DNA from: an uncultured Candidatus Saccharibacteria bacterium
Lineage (GTDB): Bacteria; Patescibacteriota; Minisyncoccia; Minisyncoccales; CAYZYK01
NCBI GenBank assembly: GCA_964507665.1
Contig: CAZDPT010000003.1
Location: 3,210 to 67,209 of the forward strand
Length of the DNA: 64,000 nt
Direction of reading: 5' to 3'
A program made the position numbers and the translations under genes. This document shows, piece after piece, positions 1 to 8,671 of this stretch. The notes under the pieces are model-generated. The model was not told the DNA's origin. It worked only from the letters and a program-made list of their open reading frames with translations, and did no database searches. The number at the start of each line of letters is the position of its first letter. Position 1 is the stretch's first letter.

Positions 1-1
1 G

Positions 2-1072
2 GAAATCCGTATAGTAACAAAAGGGATAAAAAGACAATCTAAAATAGCATTTGCCCATTCTGATATTACTGATCTTGAAAATATTAGAAACCCGCTCAGT
101 TACCAATATTACTTCTCTACTGATTCTTACGAAAAAGATCAAATAAGAGCTTCTAGAAAAGAACACGAATTAGGGTTACCTCTTGATCTTTCAATAGATC
201 CCAGGGCTTGGGAAGACTGGGAACAGTTATCTCAAGAAGAACAAGAATCATTTTTGCGAGATTACAAGAGAAGAAAAAGTGAACTTAAAAAAGCAAAAAG
301 AAATTTACCTACAGTTGCCCACAATAGAGTATTACTTTTCAGAATAGGAGATCAAGTAGCTGCGATTAAACCAGTAAGGATAATACTAAATGAAAAACAA
401 CCCTGGCAAAAAACAAAAATATATGCAGATAAAGAAGGAGAGAAAGTAATTGGTACAAGGTGGTGGCCAAATATTGAATATCTTATTTACGAATGGAAAT
501 ATTGGAATAATCCTCCCCAAGAAAATGAAGAGTTGCTTCCTAGAAAAAAAGAGAGGAGCGTTCCTGACCAAATCAGAAAATCTCCTCTTTCTTCCAGAAG
601 AACTTTTACCGCTTTCTTAGAAAAACCATTCTATATTGGTAGGATTAGAATTTCTTGGAATCTCTGTAATCAAAATAGTGTATATATTAGACCAGCAGAG
701 AATTCCCAATTAGAATTTGCTCTAACTAAAAGAAAAAAAAGAGTCGAGGAAGGAAAAATATATTCAATGGAAGAACTTAAAAGAATAAAAGAAGGAAAAA
801 GTTTCGAAGAAATGATTGAAGAAAAGAAGCTCGAAGAAATAGAAAATCCTTCAAGGTATAGATTTAGGAGGCTTCCTCCGTCCGGTGTAAAAGTATCATT
901 AGGAGAAATAATAATACTGAGAAGATCTAACGAGTTTGCTGCAATCAGACCTTTGAAATTAGTAGGCGAAAAGAAAAAATCTTTCAAATGCTATAATGAT
1001 GCTGGAGAATACATTAAAACCAAACAGGATACCGTTTGGGCGGGACTAGTTTACAGAGCAAGATACTGGTAA
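2..1072 (+). CDS. hypothetical protein, 5' end cut by the window edge; contains two copies of a ~60-aa repeat
   Basis: Frame 2 is open from nt 2 with no stop, so the TTG at 254 in the ORF track is probably internal. The stop at 1070-1072 is followed by a terminator hairpin. No family recognised. Confidence 0.6.
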   Translation, partial: EIRIVTKGIKRQSKIAFAHSDITDLENIRNPLSYQYYFSTDSYEKDQIRASRKEHELGLPLDLSIDPRAWEDWEQLSQEEQESFLRDYKRRKSELKKAKRNLPTVAHNRVLLFRIGDQVAAIKPVRIILNEKQPWQKTKIYADKEGEKVIGTRWWPNIEYLIYEWKYWNNPPQENEELLPRKKERSVPDQIRKSPLSSRRTFTAFLEKPFYIGRIRISWNLCNQNSVYIRPAENSQLEFALTKRKKRVEEGKIYSMEELKRIKEGKSFEEMIEEKKLEEIENPSRYRFRRLPPSGVKVSLGEIIILRRSNEFAAIRPLKLVGEKKKSFKCYNDAGEYIKTKQDTVWAGLVYRARYW

Positions 1073-1118
1073 AGTAAAAGTTGGATTTACTATAAAGCCT
1101 CTATCACAAATTATAGAA

Positions 1119-1147
1119 CCCTGTCGGATTACTCGACGGGGTTTTTT
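1119..1147 (+). terminator. rho-independent terminator
   Basis: 8-bp stem 1119-1126/1134-1141 (one G-U) with a 7-nt loop, followed by TTTTTT at 1142-1147, 47 nt after the stop codon. Confidence 0.7.
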
Positions 1148-1162
1148 AATTCAAGAAAAATT

Positions 1163-1191
1163 TTGACAAAAGAAAATATTTTTCTTAAGAT
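1163..1191 (+). promoter_or_regulatory. sigma70-like promoter for the small 1283-1726 module
   Basis: TTGACA at 1163-1168, 17-nt spacer, TAAGAT at 1186-1191. Confidence 0.45.
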
Positions 1192-1282
1192 TATAAAATT
1201 AGTTTCTTCAAGAAATTGTTCCTTAAAAAAAAGAAAGGAGGTGCTCCCTAAAGATTATTTTCGGAAGATCTGGATCCTTTAA

Positions 1283-1450
1283 ATGAAAGGAGATGAATGT
1301 CAGAAAAAAGAGAGACGGTGGTTGATTCTCTGTCTAAGATGTCACAAATTCTTCAGAATAAAGGAGCAGACCAGCTGTTGTTCTTACTGTAAAGCACCGT
1401 TGACACCAACAACGAAAGCAAGAAGAACAAAGACGGAAGGAAAGCTTTAA
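1283..1450 (+). CDS. small zinc-ribbon protein (55 aa), hypothetical
   Basis: Hand-translated ORF below the ORF-track cutoff: MKGDECQKKERRWLILCLRCHKFFRIKEQTSCCSYCKAPLTPTTKARRTKTEGKL. It has a CxxC-x12-CxxC pattern and a basic tail, with an in-frame stop immediately upstream (1280-1282). Confidence 0.4.
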   Translation: MKGDECQKKERRWLILCLRCHKFFRIKEQTSCCSYCKAPLTPTTKARRTKTEGKL

Positions 1451-1465
1451 AGAAGCGAGGTAGAA

Positions 1466-1726
1466 ATGAACGAAGGAAGAAGTCAGATTACCACAGAAGG
1501 CAAGAGAGTTGATCCCTCCATGGTTCCAGCATCGGAAAGATTTGTGACTTTTACAGGCTCTTTGATAAAAAACGCCCAAAGACACCCAGGCAAGAATGTA
1601 GTAGTTCTTGTCCCCCGCTCTCTCAGTGCTACAGAGCTGGAAAATACAAAGAGAATCATGGCTGCCGCTAATATTCAAGTGGAAGAAAACGGAGGAGCAA
1701 GCTGGTTTCTCTCTTTTCCTCCCTAG
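1466..1726 (+). CDS. hypothetical protein (86 aa)
   Basis: ATG preceded by GCGAGGT 7 nt upstream and followed by a strong terminator. G+C is atypical for the window. No family recognised. Confidence 0.4.
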   Translation: MNEGRSQITTEGKRVDPSMVPASERFVTFTGSLIKNAQRHPGKNVVVLVPRSLSATELENTKRIMAAANIQVEENGGASWFLSFPP

Positions 1727-1750
1727 TGTTCCTTGAAAACCAAATAAATA

Positions 1751-1773
1751 AGCCCCTTTTGGGGGCTTTTTTT
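1751..1773 (+). terminator. rho-independent terminator
   Basis: AGCCCC/GGGGCT 6-bp stem (1751-1756/1762-1767) with a 5-nt loop, then a T-run. Confidence 0.75.
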
Positions 1774-1862
1774 ATTTAAAAACTCCGAAGACTTAAATTT
1801 TATTCTATTATTTTCTTAAGAAAGAAGGAGTTTCTTTATAAAAATCTCAATATCCTAATTTA

Positions 1863-2885
1863 CTATTGAGAATTATCAATTAAATAGGGCTGGGAATATT
1901 TAGATATTTTTATTCTTCTCAATTTCACTTCTTTTATTTTTTTATTTTGAATTGTCACTTCCAACAATCCCCCAATTTCTGCTTCAGGAGTGTGCATATC
2001 AAATACGAAATTGCCCAGACTATAAACAATCCAACCATTCTTATATCTTTCAATCGGTTGAATAACATGAGGGTGATGCCCTACAATCAAATCTACTCCG
2101 CTATCTATAAGTTCTTTACCAAAAAAAACTTGATAAGGATTAGGTTCAAAAGAAAAGGGAGGATTTCCCCAATGAAAAGAAACAACCAGAATATCTACTT
2201 GTTTTCTTGCTCTTTTAATATCTTCTCTAATCTTATTAATCTCTTTTTTTTCCACTACAGCAACTCCCGATTTATCTCTACTTGGTTTCCAAGAAACATA
2301 GGCTCTATCATACTTTGGATAAGTATAAGCTAAGAATCCAATCTTTGTATCTTTTACTTTCTTAATCTTTAGGAAAAAAGCCTCTGTGTCATTAAAACCA
2401 GCTCCTACATACTCAATACCAGCTACTTCTAATCTTTTGAGGCAATCTTCCATTGCCTCTCTTCCATAATCTAGAATGTGATTATTAGCAACTGAAAGAA
2501 TATCAAATCCCGCATACTTTAAACCTTCTATGGATTGGGGTTCTGCTTTTAAATATTCTCTAATAGGACCTGTCTTTTCAATCTTTCTTCCTTCTTTATC
2601 AGAAATTACATTTTCCAAATTACCAAATAAAATATCGGCTTTTTTCAAGTGATCTATAATTCTTAAAAAAGGAAACTTGTAATCTCCTCCTGCAATATTT
2701 TTTACCCTTAATTTCACTCCTCTGTCTAGTATGATATCTCCTACTGCCAAAAAAGTGATAGTAGAATTCTCTAGTTCTTTTTTAAAAAAAAGAGTTTCCT
2801 CTCCTAAAAAAACATCAGCTAGAAAGATAAAAACTACCACCCCCAATAAAAAAATAATTAAAAATGAAATTAAATAATTTTTCAT
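1863..2885 (-). CDS. CapA/PgsA-family metallophosphatase-like protein (poly-gamma-glutamate capsule synthesis family), membrane anchored
   Basis: Motifs LAVGDIILDR, SVANNHILDYG, SFHWG and GHHPHV. N-terminal TM helix. The start overlaps the stop of the upstream gene (ATGA). Confidence 0.8.
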   Translation of the reverse strand: MKNYLISFLIIFLLGVVVFIFLADVFLGEETLFFKKELENSTITFLAVGDIILDRGVKLRVKNIAGGDYKFPFLRIIDHLKKADILFGNLENVISDKEGRKIEKTGPIREYLKAEPQSIEGLKYAGFDILSVANNHILDYGREAMEDCLKRLEVAGIEYVGAGFNDTEAFFLKIKKVKDTKIGFLAYTYPKYDRAYVSWKPSRDKSGVAVVEKKEINKIREDIKRARKQVDILVVSFHWGNPPFSFEPNPYQVFFGKELIDSGVDLIVGHHPHVIQPIERYKNGWIVYSLGNFVFDMHTPEAEIGGLLEVTIQNKKIKEVKLRRIKISKYSQPYLIDNSQ

Positions 2886-4576
2886 TTCTTCTTTTCAAAT
2901 TCATTAAAAATTTCTTGTAATGGTTTCTCTGAAATTGAAAAAGAGAAATCATCTTCTATTTCATTTATTATTCCCAGATAACCATTTACAGCATGAGCCA
3001 CAGTCGCTGTTCTAACAAATTTATTCTTATCGTTCCAAAATGCACCTCCAATTGCTCTTTTTGGGTTTGGAAGAAAAAAAGAATTTTCTTCTGAATAAGT
3101 GTTTTGGATAATCCACCTACTAGCCTTTATTACAGCATTTTTATATTTCTTACAATTATCTTTATTTTCTTCTTTGCAAAAATTATATATCTCTGACATT
3201 ACCTCACTTATCCATCCATTACCACTAGTTGTATATGCGTTTTGCCAACGACCATGATAGAAGATATCGTTTGGATTACTTATTTGCCTCCTTACAAGTT
3301 CGTTGCTACATTTAAATACAAGTTCTTTGTAGTCTTCTTTTTTACTTATTTTATAAAAATCTAGTAATGACATTACTACCCACGAACTTGAAATAGGATT
3401 TCTCATCCGATAATCATCTCCAAGATAACAACCACTTTTTTCAACTTCTTGAATGAAGTTCTCTGCAATCTTTTCAGCAGCGTTATAATATGATTCTTTG
3501 GGAATAATTTCATAAATTCTAGAAAGCGCAGAAAGAACCTGTCCGTTATAAAGAAGAGAGTATTTTGTAGAATGTACCCATTTCTTGCCTGTATATCTTT
3601 TATAAGAAATCATCTCTCCGTCTTCTTCCTGCATGGTCAATAGCCAATCAGCTCCTAATTCAGCTGCTTTTAAATACTTTAAGTTATTACTTAATTTATA
3701 TAATTCCAACAAGGTAAAGATAGTCTTTGATGTTGTTCCTACCGGAAATTTCTTTTCTTTCTCGTTATTACCTAAATAATAAGAATAGTAGAATCCCCCA
3801 TATGTTTTGCTTCCTTCCTTCTTATTTTGCATTAAAAGAATAAATTCGCTGGAATCATATATTTGATTCAAAAGCTCTTCGTCTTTATCTAGACGATAAA
3901 TTTTAAGAAGAGTATAAAGAAGAGAAGATGTATATATTGTGTGTAATCTATTCTCGAAAGAATCAGTTAAAGTATAATAATATTTATGAGCTCCTTTTTT
4001 TTCTGAATCTATCATTCTGAGCAAGTATTCTTTTCCTTGTTCAATTTTCTCGCGGATTAATTTTTTATCTAAACCACGAACTACAACTAAATCACCAATA
4101 AGTTCTTTGCCTTCTTTATTATATTCAATAAAAGAAAAGGGTTGCTTGTTAGGAGAATAAAATGAAACTAAGAATCTTGCTTCTTTAATGTTTTCTTTAT
4201 CTAGGTTTTTATTTTTTTTAATCGCATTCAGTGTTGCCTCTTCCAATGCTAAAGGTAAGGTTTCTCTCTTTCCTTCTCCTCTTCCTTTTATCTCTCCTTG
4301 ATGATATATATTTATAAAGAGATGCCAATTCCCTTCTATCTTCAATTCTTGGGGAATTTCAAAGGGTTGATTATTAAAATAATTTCCAGTAATTTCTCTT
4401 ATAAATCTCAAAGTTGAATTTCTAAAAATATCATTAGTTAATTTCGAAGTTAAATTTTTAGAAATAGAAATATCTTTCTCAAATAAAAATATTCTAAAAC
4501 CAAACCAAGAAACTATTGCAATTGTTAATACAGTAATTATTAAGATTACAAAAGCTATTTTTCTATTTTTCTTCAT
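2882..4576 (-). CDS. membrane-anchored hypothetical protein, possible alpha/alpha-toroid domain
   Basis: N-terminal TM helix. The C-terminal ~350 aa have regularly spaced aromatic-rich helices (GGFYYSYY, ADWLLTMQEEDGEM, YNGQVLSALSRIY, SSSWVVMSLLDFY, GNGWISEVMSEIY). Family not recognised. Confidence 0.5.
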   Translation of the reverse strand: MKKNRKIAFVILIITVLTIAIVSWFGFRIFLFEKDISISKNLTSKLTNDIFRNSTLRFIREITGNYFNNQPFEIPQELKIEGNWHLFINIYHQGEIKGRGEGKRETLPLALEEATLNAIKKNKNLDKENIKEARFLVSFYSPNKQPFSFIEYNKEGKELIGDLVVVRGLDKKLIREKIEQGKEYLLRMIDSEKKGAHKYYYTLTDSFENRLHTIYTSSLLYTLLKIYRLDKDEELLNQIYDSSEFILLMQNKKEGSKTYGGFYYSYYLGNNEKEKKFPVGTTSKTIFTLLELYKLSNNLKYLKAAELGADWLLTMQEEDGEMISYKRYTGKKWVHSTKYSLLYNGQVLSALSRIYEIIPKESYYNAAEKIAENFIQEVEKSGCYLGDDYRMRNPISSSWVVMSLLDFYKISKKEDYKELVFKCSNELVRRQISNPNDIFYHGRWQNAYTTSGNGWISEVMSEIYNFCKEENKDNCKKYKNAVIKASRWIIQNTYSEENSFFLPNPKRAIGGAFWNDKNKFVRTATVAHAVNGYLGIINEIEDDFSFSISEKPLQEIFNEFEKKK

Positions 4577-4645
4577 AAAATGAAATATATCATTTCTTAA
4601 AAAATTTTAAAAGTTATTCAAAGAAAGATCAATAAATAATAAGCT

Positions 4646-5272
4646 TTATATTAATTTAAAAGATTTCCTATGAATAAAACAAGTGTTGTATTTTTTTATC
4701 ATCTTCCGGTGTAATTTCGTTCCATAACCTTTGTGTTTGTTAAAATTATATTCAGGGTGTTTTTTATGATAACGAATCATCGTTTTGTCCCTTTCTACTT
4801 TAGCTACAATTCCCGCTACCACACAAGAGAAAATTTTCTCATCACCTCTAATAATCAACTTATGATTATTTTGTTTAAGCTTTTTATTTCCTAAAAATTT
4901 ACCGTCTATTAATAAAAAAATAGGGTTACTTTTATTAAATTTTCTTAGAGCTCTCAACATTGCTAATTCTGCTGCCGCTTTTATATTAATTTTATCAATT
5001 GTATTTTGAAAAACTTTAGCAATCTTATACTCCACTCCAGGATTCTCTTTTATTTTTCTATAAATCTGTTTTCTTTTTTTTGAAGTAATCTTTTTAGAGT
5101 CTCTCAAAACCAAATTAAGTTTTTTAAGTTGAACTCTTTCATTTTGTTTTAAAAAAACAGCTGCAGCAACTACCGGTCCTGCCAGAGAACCTCTCCCTGA
5201 TTCGTCCAATCCAAAAACTTTAGAGTATCCCTTTTTCCATAATTTTTTTTCTTGTTCTAAATTAATTCGCAT
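4646..5272 (-). CDS. rnhB: ribonuclease HII
   Basis: DESGRGSLAGPVVAAAV catalytic motif; 208 aa. Confidence 0.9.
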   Translation of the reverse strand: MRINLEQEKKLWKKGYSKVFGLDESGRGSLAGPVVAAAVFLKQNERVQLKKLNLVLRDSKKITSKKRKQIYRKIKENPGVEYKIAKVFQNTIDKINIKAAAELAMLRALRKFNKSNPIFLLIDGKFLGNKKLKQNNHKLIIRGDEKIFSCVVAGIVAKVERDKTMIRYHKKHPEYNFNKHKGYGTKLHRKMIKKYNTCFIHRKSFKLI

Positions 5273-5473
5273 TAAACTATCTTATCAGAAAAAATATCTT
5301 ATAGAAAATAGGGTTTTATAAGGAATTAGATACTTTATTTTTTTAGATTTTTATTTTATACTATTATAATAATTTGTCAATTTTATCATAATAAATCAGT
5401 TATTCCTTTAATTTAAAACAGGCCAGTTCTAACAAACCTCAGTCAGTTTTAAAAACTGTGTTTCTAAAATAAA

Positions 5474-8400
5474 ATGAAATTTACTCATTTACATGCTCAC
5501 AGCCACTACTCTCTTTTAGATGGCTTATCAAAAATTGATGAGCTTTTAGATTATGTGAAAGAAAAAGGTATGGATTCTGTTGCTTTAACTGACCATGGAG
5601 TTTTGTATGGGGTTGTAGAATTTTATAAAAAAGCAAAAAAAAGAGGTATAAAACCAATTATAGGTTCAGAGCTCTATCAGGCTTTTGAAAGAATGCATCT
5701 TAAAAGACCAAATATTGACAACAAAAGATATCACTTAGTAGTGCTTGCAAAAAATGAAAAAGGTTACAAAAACTTAGTTCATCTTGTAAGTCAATCTCAC
5801 CTTAAAGGATTCTATTACAAACCAAGAATTGATGAAAAACTTCTAAAAAAACACGCAGAAGGCCTTATTGGTCTTTCTGCTTGTCTGGAAGGAAAAATTC
5901 CCCAGTTAATTTTAGCTGGGAAAACAAAAGAGGCAAAAACTCAGGCTAAAAAATATCAGGAAATTTTTGGTAAAGGAAATTTTTATCTCGAAATCCAAGA
6001 TCATCCTAATATCAAAGAACAAAAAAAGATAAATAAAGCGCTAATTAAATTTTCTAAAAAACTAGATATTCCATTAGTTGCCACAAATGATTCCCATTAT
6101 CTTAAACCGGAAGATGCTAAAATACAGGATATTTTAATGTTAATAAATACAGGTGCGGATCCTAATGATCCAGAGAGATTAACAATGCAAGCGGATGATT
6201 TCTCTCTTCGAACCCCAGAGCAGATGAAAAAATCTTTCAAAAATGTTCCTGAAGCTCTCCAAAATACTCAAAAAATAGCAGAAAAATGTAATTTTAGCTT
6301 TAAATTGGGAGAAGTTAAATTACCTCATTTTGAGGTTCCGAATAATAAAAGTTCAAACCAATATTTAGAAGAGCTTTGTAAAGAAGGATTAAAAAAACGC
6401 TATGGTGAAAACCCAAAAAAAGAAGTTAAGGAAAGATTAAAATATGAACTTTCTGCAATAAAAGATCTTGGTTTTTCTTCCTATTTTTTAATTGTTCAAG
6501 ATTTTGTAAATTGGGCTAAAGAAAACCATATCGTGGTGGGTCCTGGCAGAGGTTCTGCAGCAGGTTCTCTAGTATCTTATCTGTTGAATATAACCGATGT
6601 CGATCCTATAAAATATAATCTCTTATTTGAGAGGTTTTTAAATCCTGGAAGAAAAGGTTCTCTGCCAGATATTGATCTTGATTTCACTGATAGAAGAAGG
6701 GATGAGGTTATTGAATATGTCTCCCAGAAGTACGGCAAAGACAAAGTAGCTCAAATTATAACTTTCGGAACCATGAAAGCACGCGCTGTAATACGGGATG
6801 CAGGTAGAGCTATGAGCTATTCATATAATTATTGTGATAAAATTGCCAAAATGATACCTTTTGGCTTTGATTTGGAAAAAGCACTAAAGAAAGTACCCGA
6901 ATTTAAGCAAATTTATGATACAGACCAGAAGGCAGAAAGATTAATCGAAATTGCTAAAAAATTAGAGGGAAGAGTCCGTCATGCTTCAACTCATGCCTGT
7001 GGAGTTGTTATCTCAAAAGAACCTTTACAGAATTCAGTCCCCCTACAACACCCCCCACAATCAGATAAAGAGATTGTAACCCAATATGAAATGCATGCCA
7101 TCGAAGATTTAGGACTTTTAAAAATGGATCTTTTAGGTCTTAAAAATTTAACTATAATTGAAGATTGTCTAGCCCGAATCTATGAAGTCCAAGGAAAATC
7201 AATTGATATTGGAGATATTCCTTTAGATGACAAAAAAGCTTTCGGTCTTTTACAAAGAGGTGAAACAACAGGAGTTTTTCAAATGGAATCAGGAGGCTTC
7301 AGAAGATACCTTAAACAATTAAAACCCACCTGTTTTGAAGATATCACAGCTATGGTAGCTTTGTACCGTCCAGGCCCCATCTCTCTTATTCCAGACTATA
7401 TCAAGAGAAAAAACAAAAAGAAGAAAGTAAAGTATTTACATCCCAAACTGAAACCAATCTTAGAATCAACTTATGGAATAATGGTCTATCAGGAACAATT
7501 AATGGAAATTGCCCAGAAACTAGCAGGTTTTTCTTTGTCTGAAGCAGACATTCTAAGAAAAGCAGTTGGAAAGAAAATCAAAAGTTTACTTATTTCCCAA
7601 AAAGAAAAATTTATTAACGGAATGATTGAAAATAAATTTAAAAGGCAGACTGCTGAAAAAATCTGGGAATGGATTTTGCCTTTTGCTCAATACGGATTTA
7701 ATAAAAGTCATAGTACCTCCTATGGAATGATAGCTTACCAAACAGCTTACCTTAAAGCCCATTTTCCTATTGAATTTATGGCAGCTCTTTTAACATCAGA
7801 AAAATCAGATATTGATAGAATATCAATTTTGATAAAAGAGTGTGAAAAAATGGAAATTGAAGTTTTACCACCAGATATTAATGAAAGTTTTAGAAATTTC
7901 TCAGTAGTTCCCAAAGAGAAAAAAATTAGATTCGGGCTTTTGGCTATAAAAAATGTCGGTAAAAACACCGTAGAGACAATAATATCAAAAAGAAAAAAGG
8001 GGGGGGATTTTAAATCTATCTACAACTTTATCTCTCGAATTAATTCCCAAAGCTTAAACAAAAGATCTTTGGAAAGTTTAATTAAAACAGGAGCATTTGA
8101 TAAGTTAGAGGAAAGAAATAAATTATTATTTAATCTGGAAACAATTTTAGAAGCAAACAGAGAAATTAGGAAAAATAAAAATAATGGTCAGGTGAGTCTT
8201 TTTAAAAAGTCTTCTAGTTTCCAGCCTTCCTTAAAATTAAAAAATCCTCCTAAACCAGCTTCAGAATCAGAAAAGACAAAATGGGAAAAACAACTACTAG
8301 GACTCTATATTTCTTCTCATCCTCTTGAAAACTACGAAAAGATATTAAATAAAAAATCTTTATCTTTAAAAGAAATTAACAAAAACTTGGTCGGAAAGAA

Positions 8401-8650
8401 TGTAAAGATAGGAGGAATTATTTCAAATACCAAAAGAATTCTAACCAAAAAAGGAAACCCAATGCTATTCTTAACTTTAGAGGATCTTACAGATAGAATT
8501 GAAGTTATAGTTTTTCCTTCTGCTCTACAAAAAAACGCTGATCTTTTTCAAGAAGAAAATATTGTATTGATTAAAGGAAAAGTTAATAATAGAGATGGCT
8601 CTCCTAAAATAATCTGTAATGAAATTCAAAAAATAGTTGAGGAAAGTTAA
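5474..8650 (+). CDS. dnaE: DNA polymerase III alpha subunit
   Basis: PHP motif HLHAHSHYSLLDG, polymerase core (GRGSAAGSLVSYLLNITDVDP, PDIDLDF), OB-fold C-terminus; 1058 aa. Confidence 0.95.
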   Translation: MKFTHLHAHSHYSLLDGLSKIDELLDYVKEKGMDSVALTDHGVLYGVVEFYKKAKKRGIKPIIGSELYQAFERMHLKRPNIDNKRYHLVVLAKNEKGYKNLVHLVSQSHLKGFYYKPRIDEKLLKKHAEGLIGLSACLEGKIPQLILAGKTKEAKTQAKKYQEIFGKGNFYLEIQDHPNIKEQKKINKALIKFSKKLDIPLVATNDSHYLKPEDAKIQDILMLINTGADPNDPERLTMQADDFSLRTPEQMKKSFKNVPEALQNTQKIAEKCNFSFKLGEVKLPHFEVPNNKSSNQYLEELCKEGLKKRYGENPKKEVKERLKYELSAIKDLGFSSYFLIVQDFVNWAKENHIVVGPGRGSAAGSLVSYLLNITDVDPIKYNLLFERFLNPGRKGSLPDIDLDFTDRRRDEVIEYVSQKYGKDKVAQIITFGTMKARAVIRDAGRAMSYSYNYCDKIAKMIPFGFDLEKALKKVPEFKQIYDTDQKAERLIEIAKKLEGRVRHASTHACGVVISKEPLQNSVPLQHPPQSDKEIVTQYEMHAIEDLGLLKMDLLGLKNLTIIEDCLARIYEVQGKSIDIGDIPLDDKKAFGLLQRGETTGVFQMESGGFRRYLKQLKPTCFEDITAMVALYRPGPISLIPDYIKRKNKKKKVKYLHPKLKPILESTYGIMVYQEQLMEIAQKLAGFSLSEADILRKAVGKKIKSLLISQKEKFINGMIENKFKRQTAEKIWEWILPFAQYGFNKSHSTSYGMIAYQTAYLKAHFPIEFMAALLTSEKSDIDRISILIKECEKMEIEVLPPDINESFRNFSVVPKEKKIRFGLLAIKNVGKNTVETIISKRKKGGDFKSIYNFISRINSQSLNKRSLESLIKTGAFDKLEERNKLLFNLETILEANREIRKNKNNGQVSLFKKSSSFQPSLKLKNPPKPASESEKTKWEKQLLGLYISSHPLENYEKILNKKSLSLKEINKNLVGKNVKIGGIISNTKRILTKKGNPMLFLTLEDLTDRIEVIVFPSALQKNADLFQEENIVLIKGKVNNRDGSPKIICNEIQKIVEES

Positions 8651-8671
8651 AATAAGTAATAGAACAAAACT

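Noticed and set aside
1266-1283. Contiguous BglII-BamHI-DraI-type palindromes (AGATCTGGATCCTTTAAA) suggesting a cloning-vector polylinker.
   Set aside because: No other vector-like sequence (origin, marker, primer sites) is nearby and the flanks are typical of the genome. I keep it as an oddity inside the 1150-1775 finding, not as evidence of contamination.
5444-5458. Perfect 7-bp inverted repeat CAGTTTT-A-AAAACTG 16 nt upstream of dnaE as a possible operator.
   Set aside because: It is A/T-rich, short and unique in the window, with no recognisable regulator or second site. It is likely chance or a minor hairpin.
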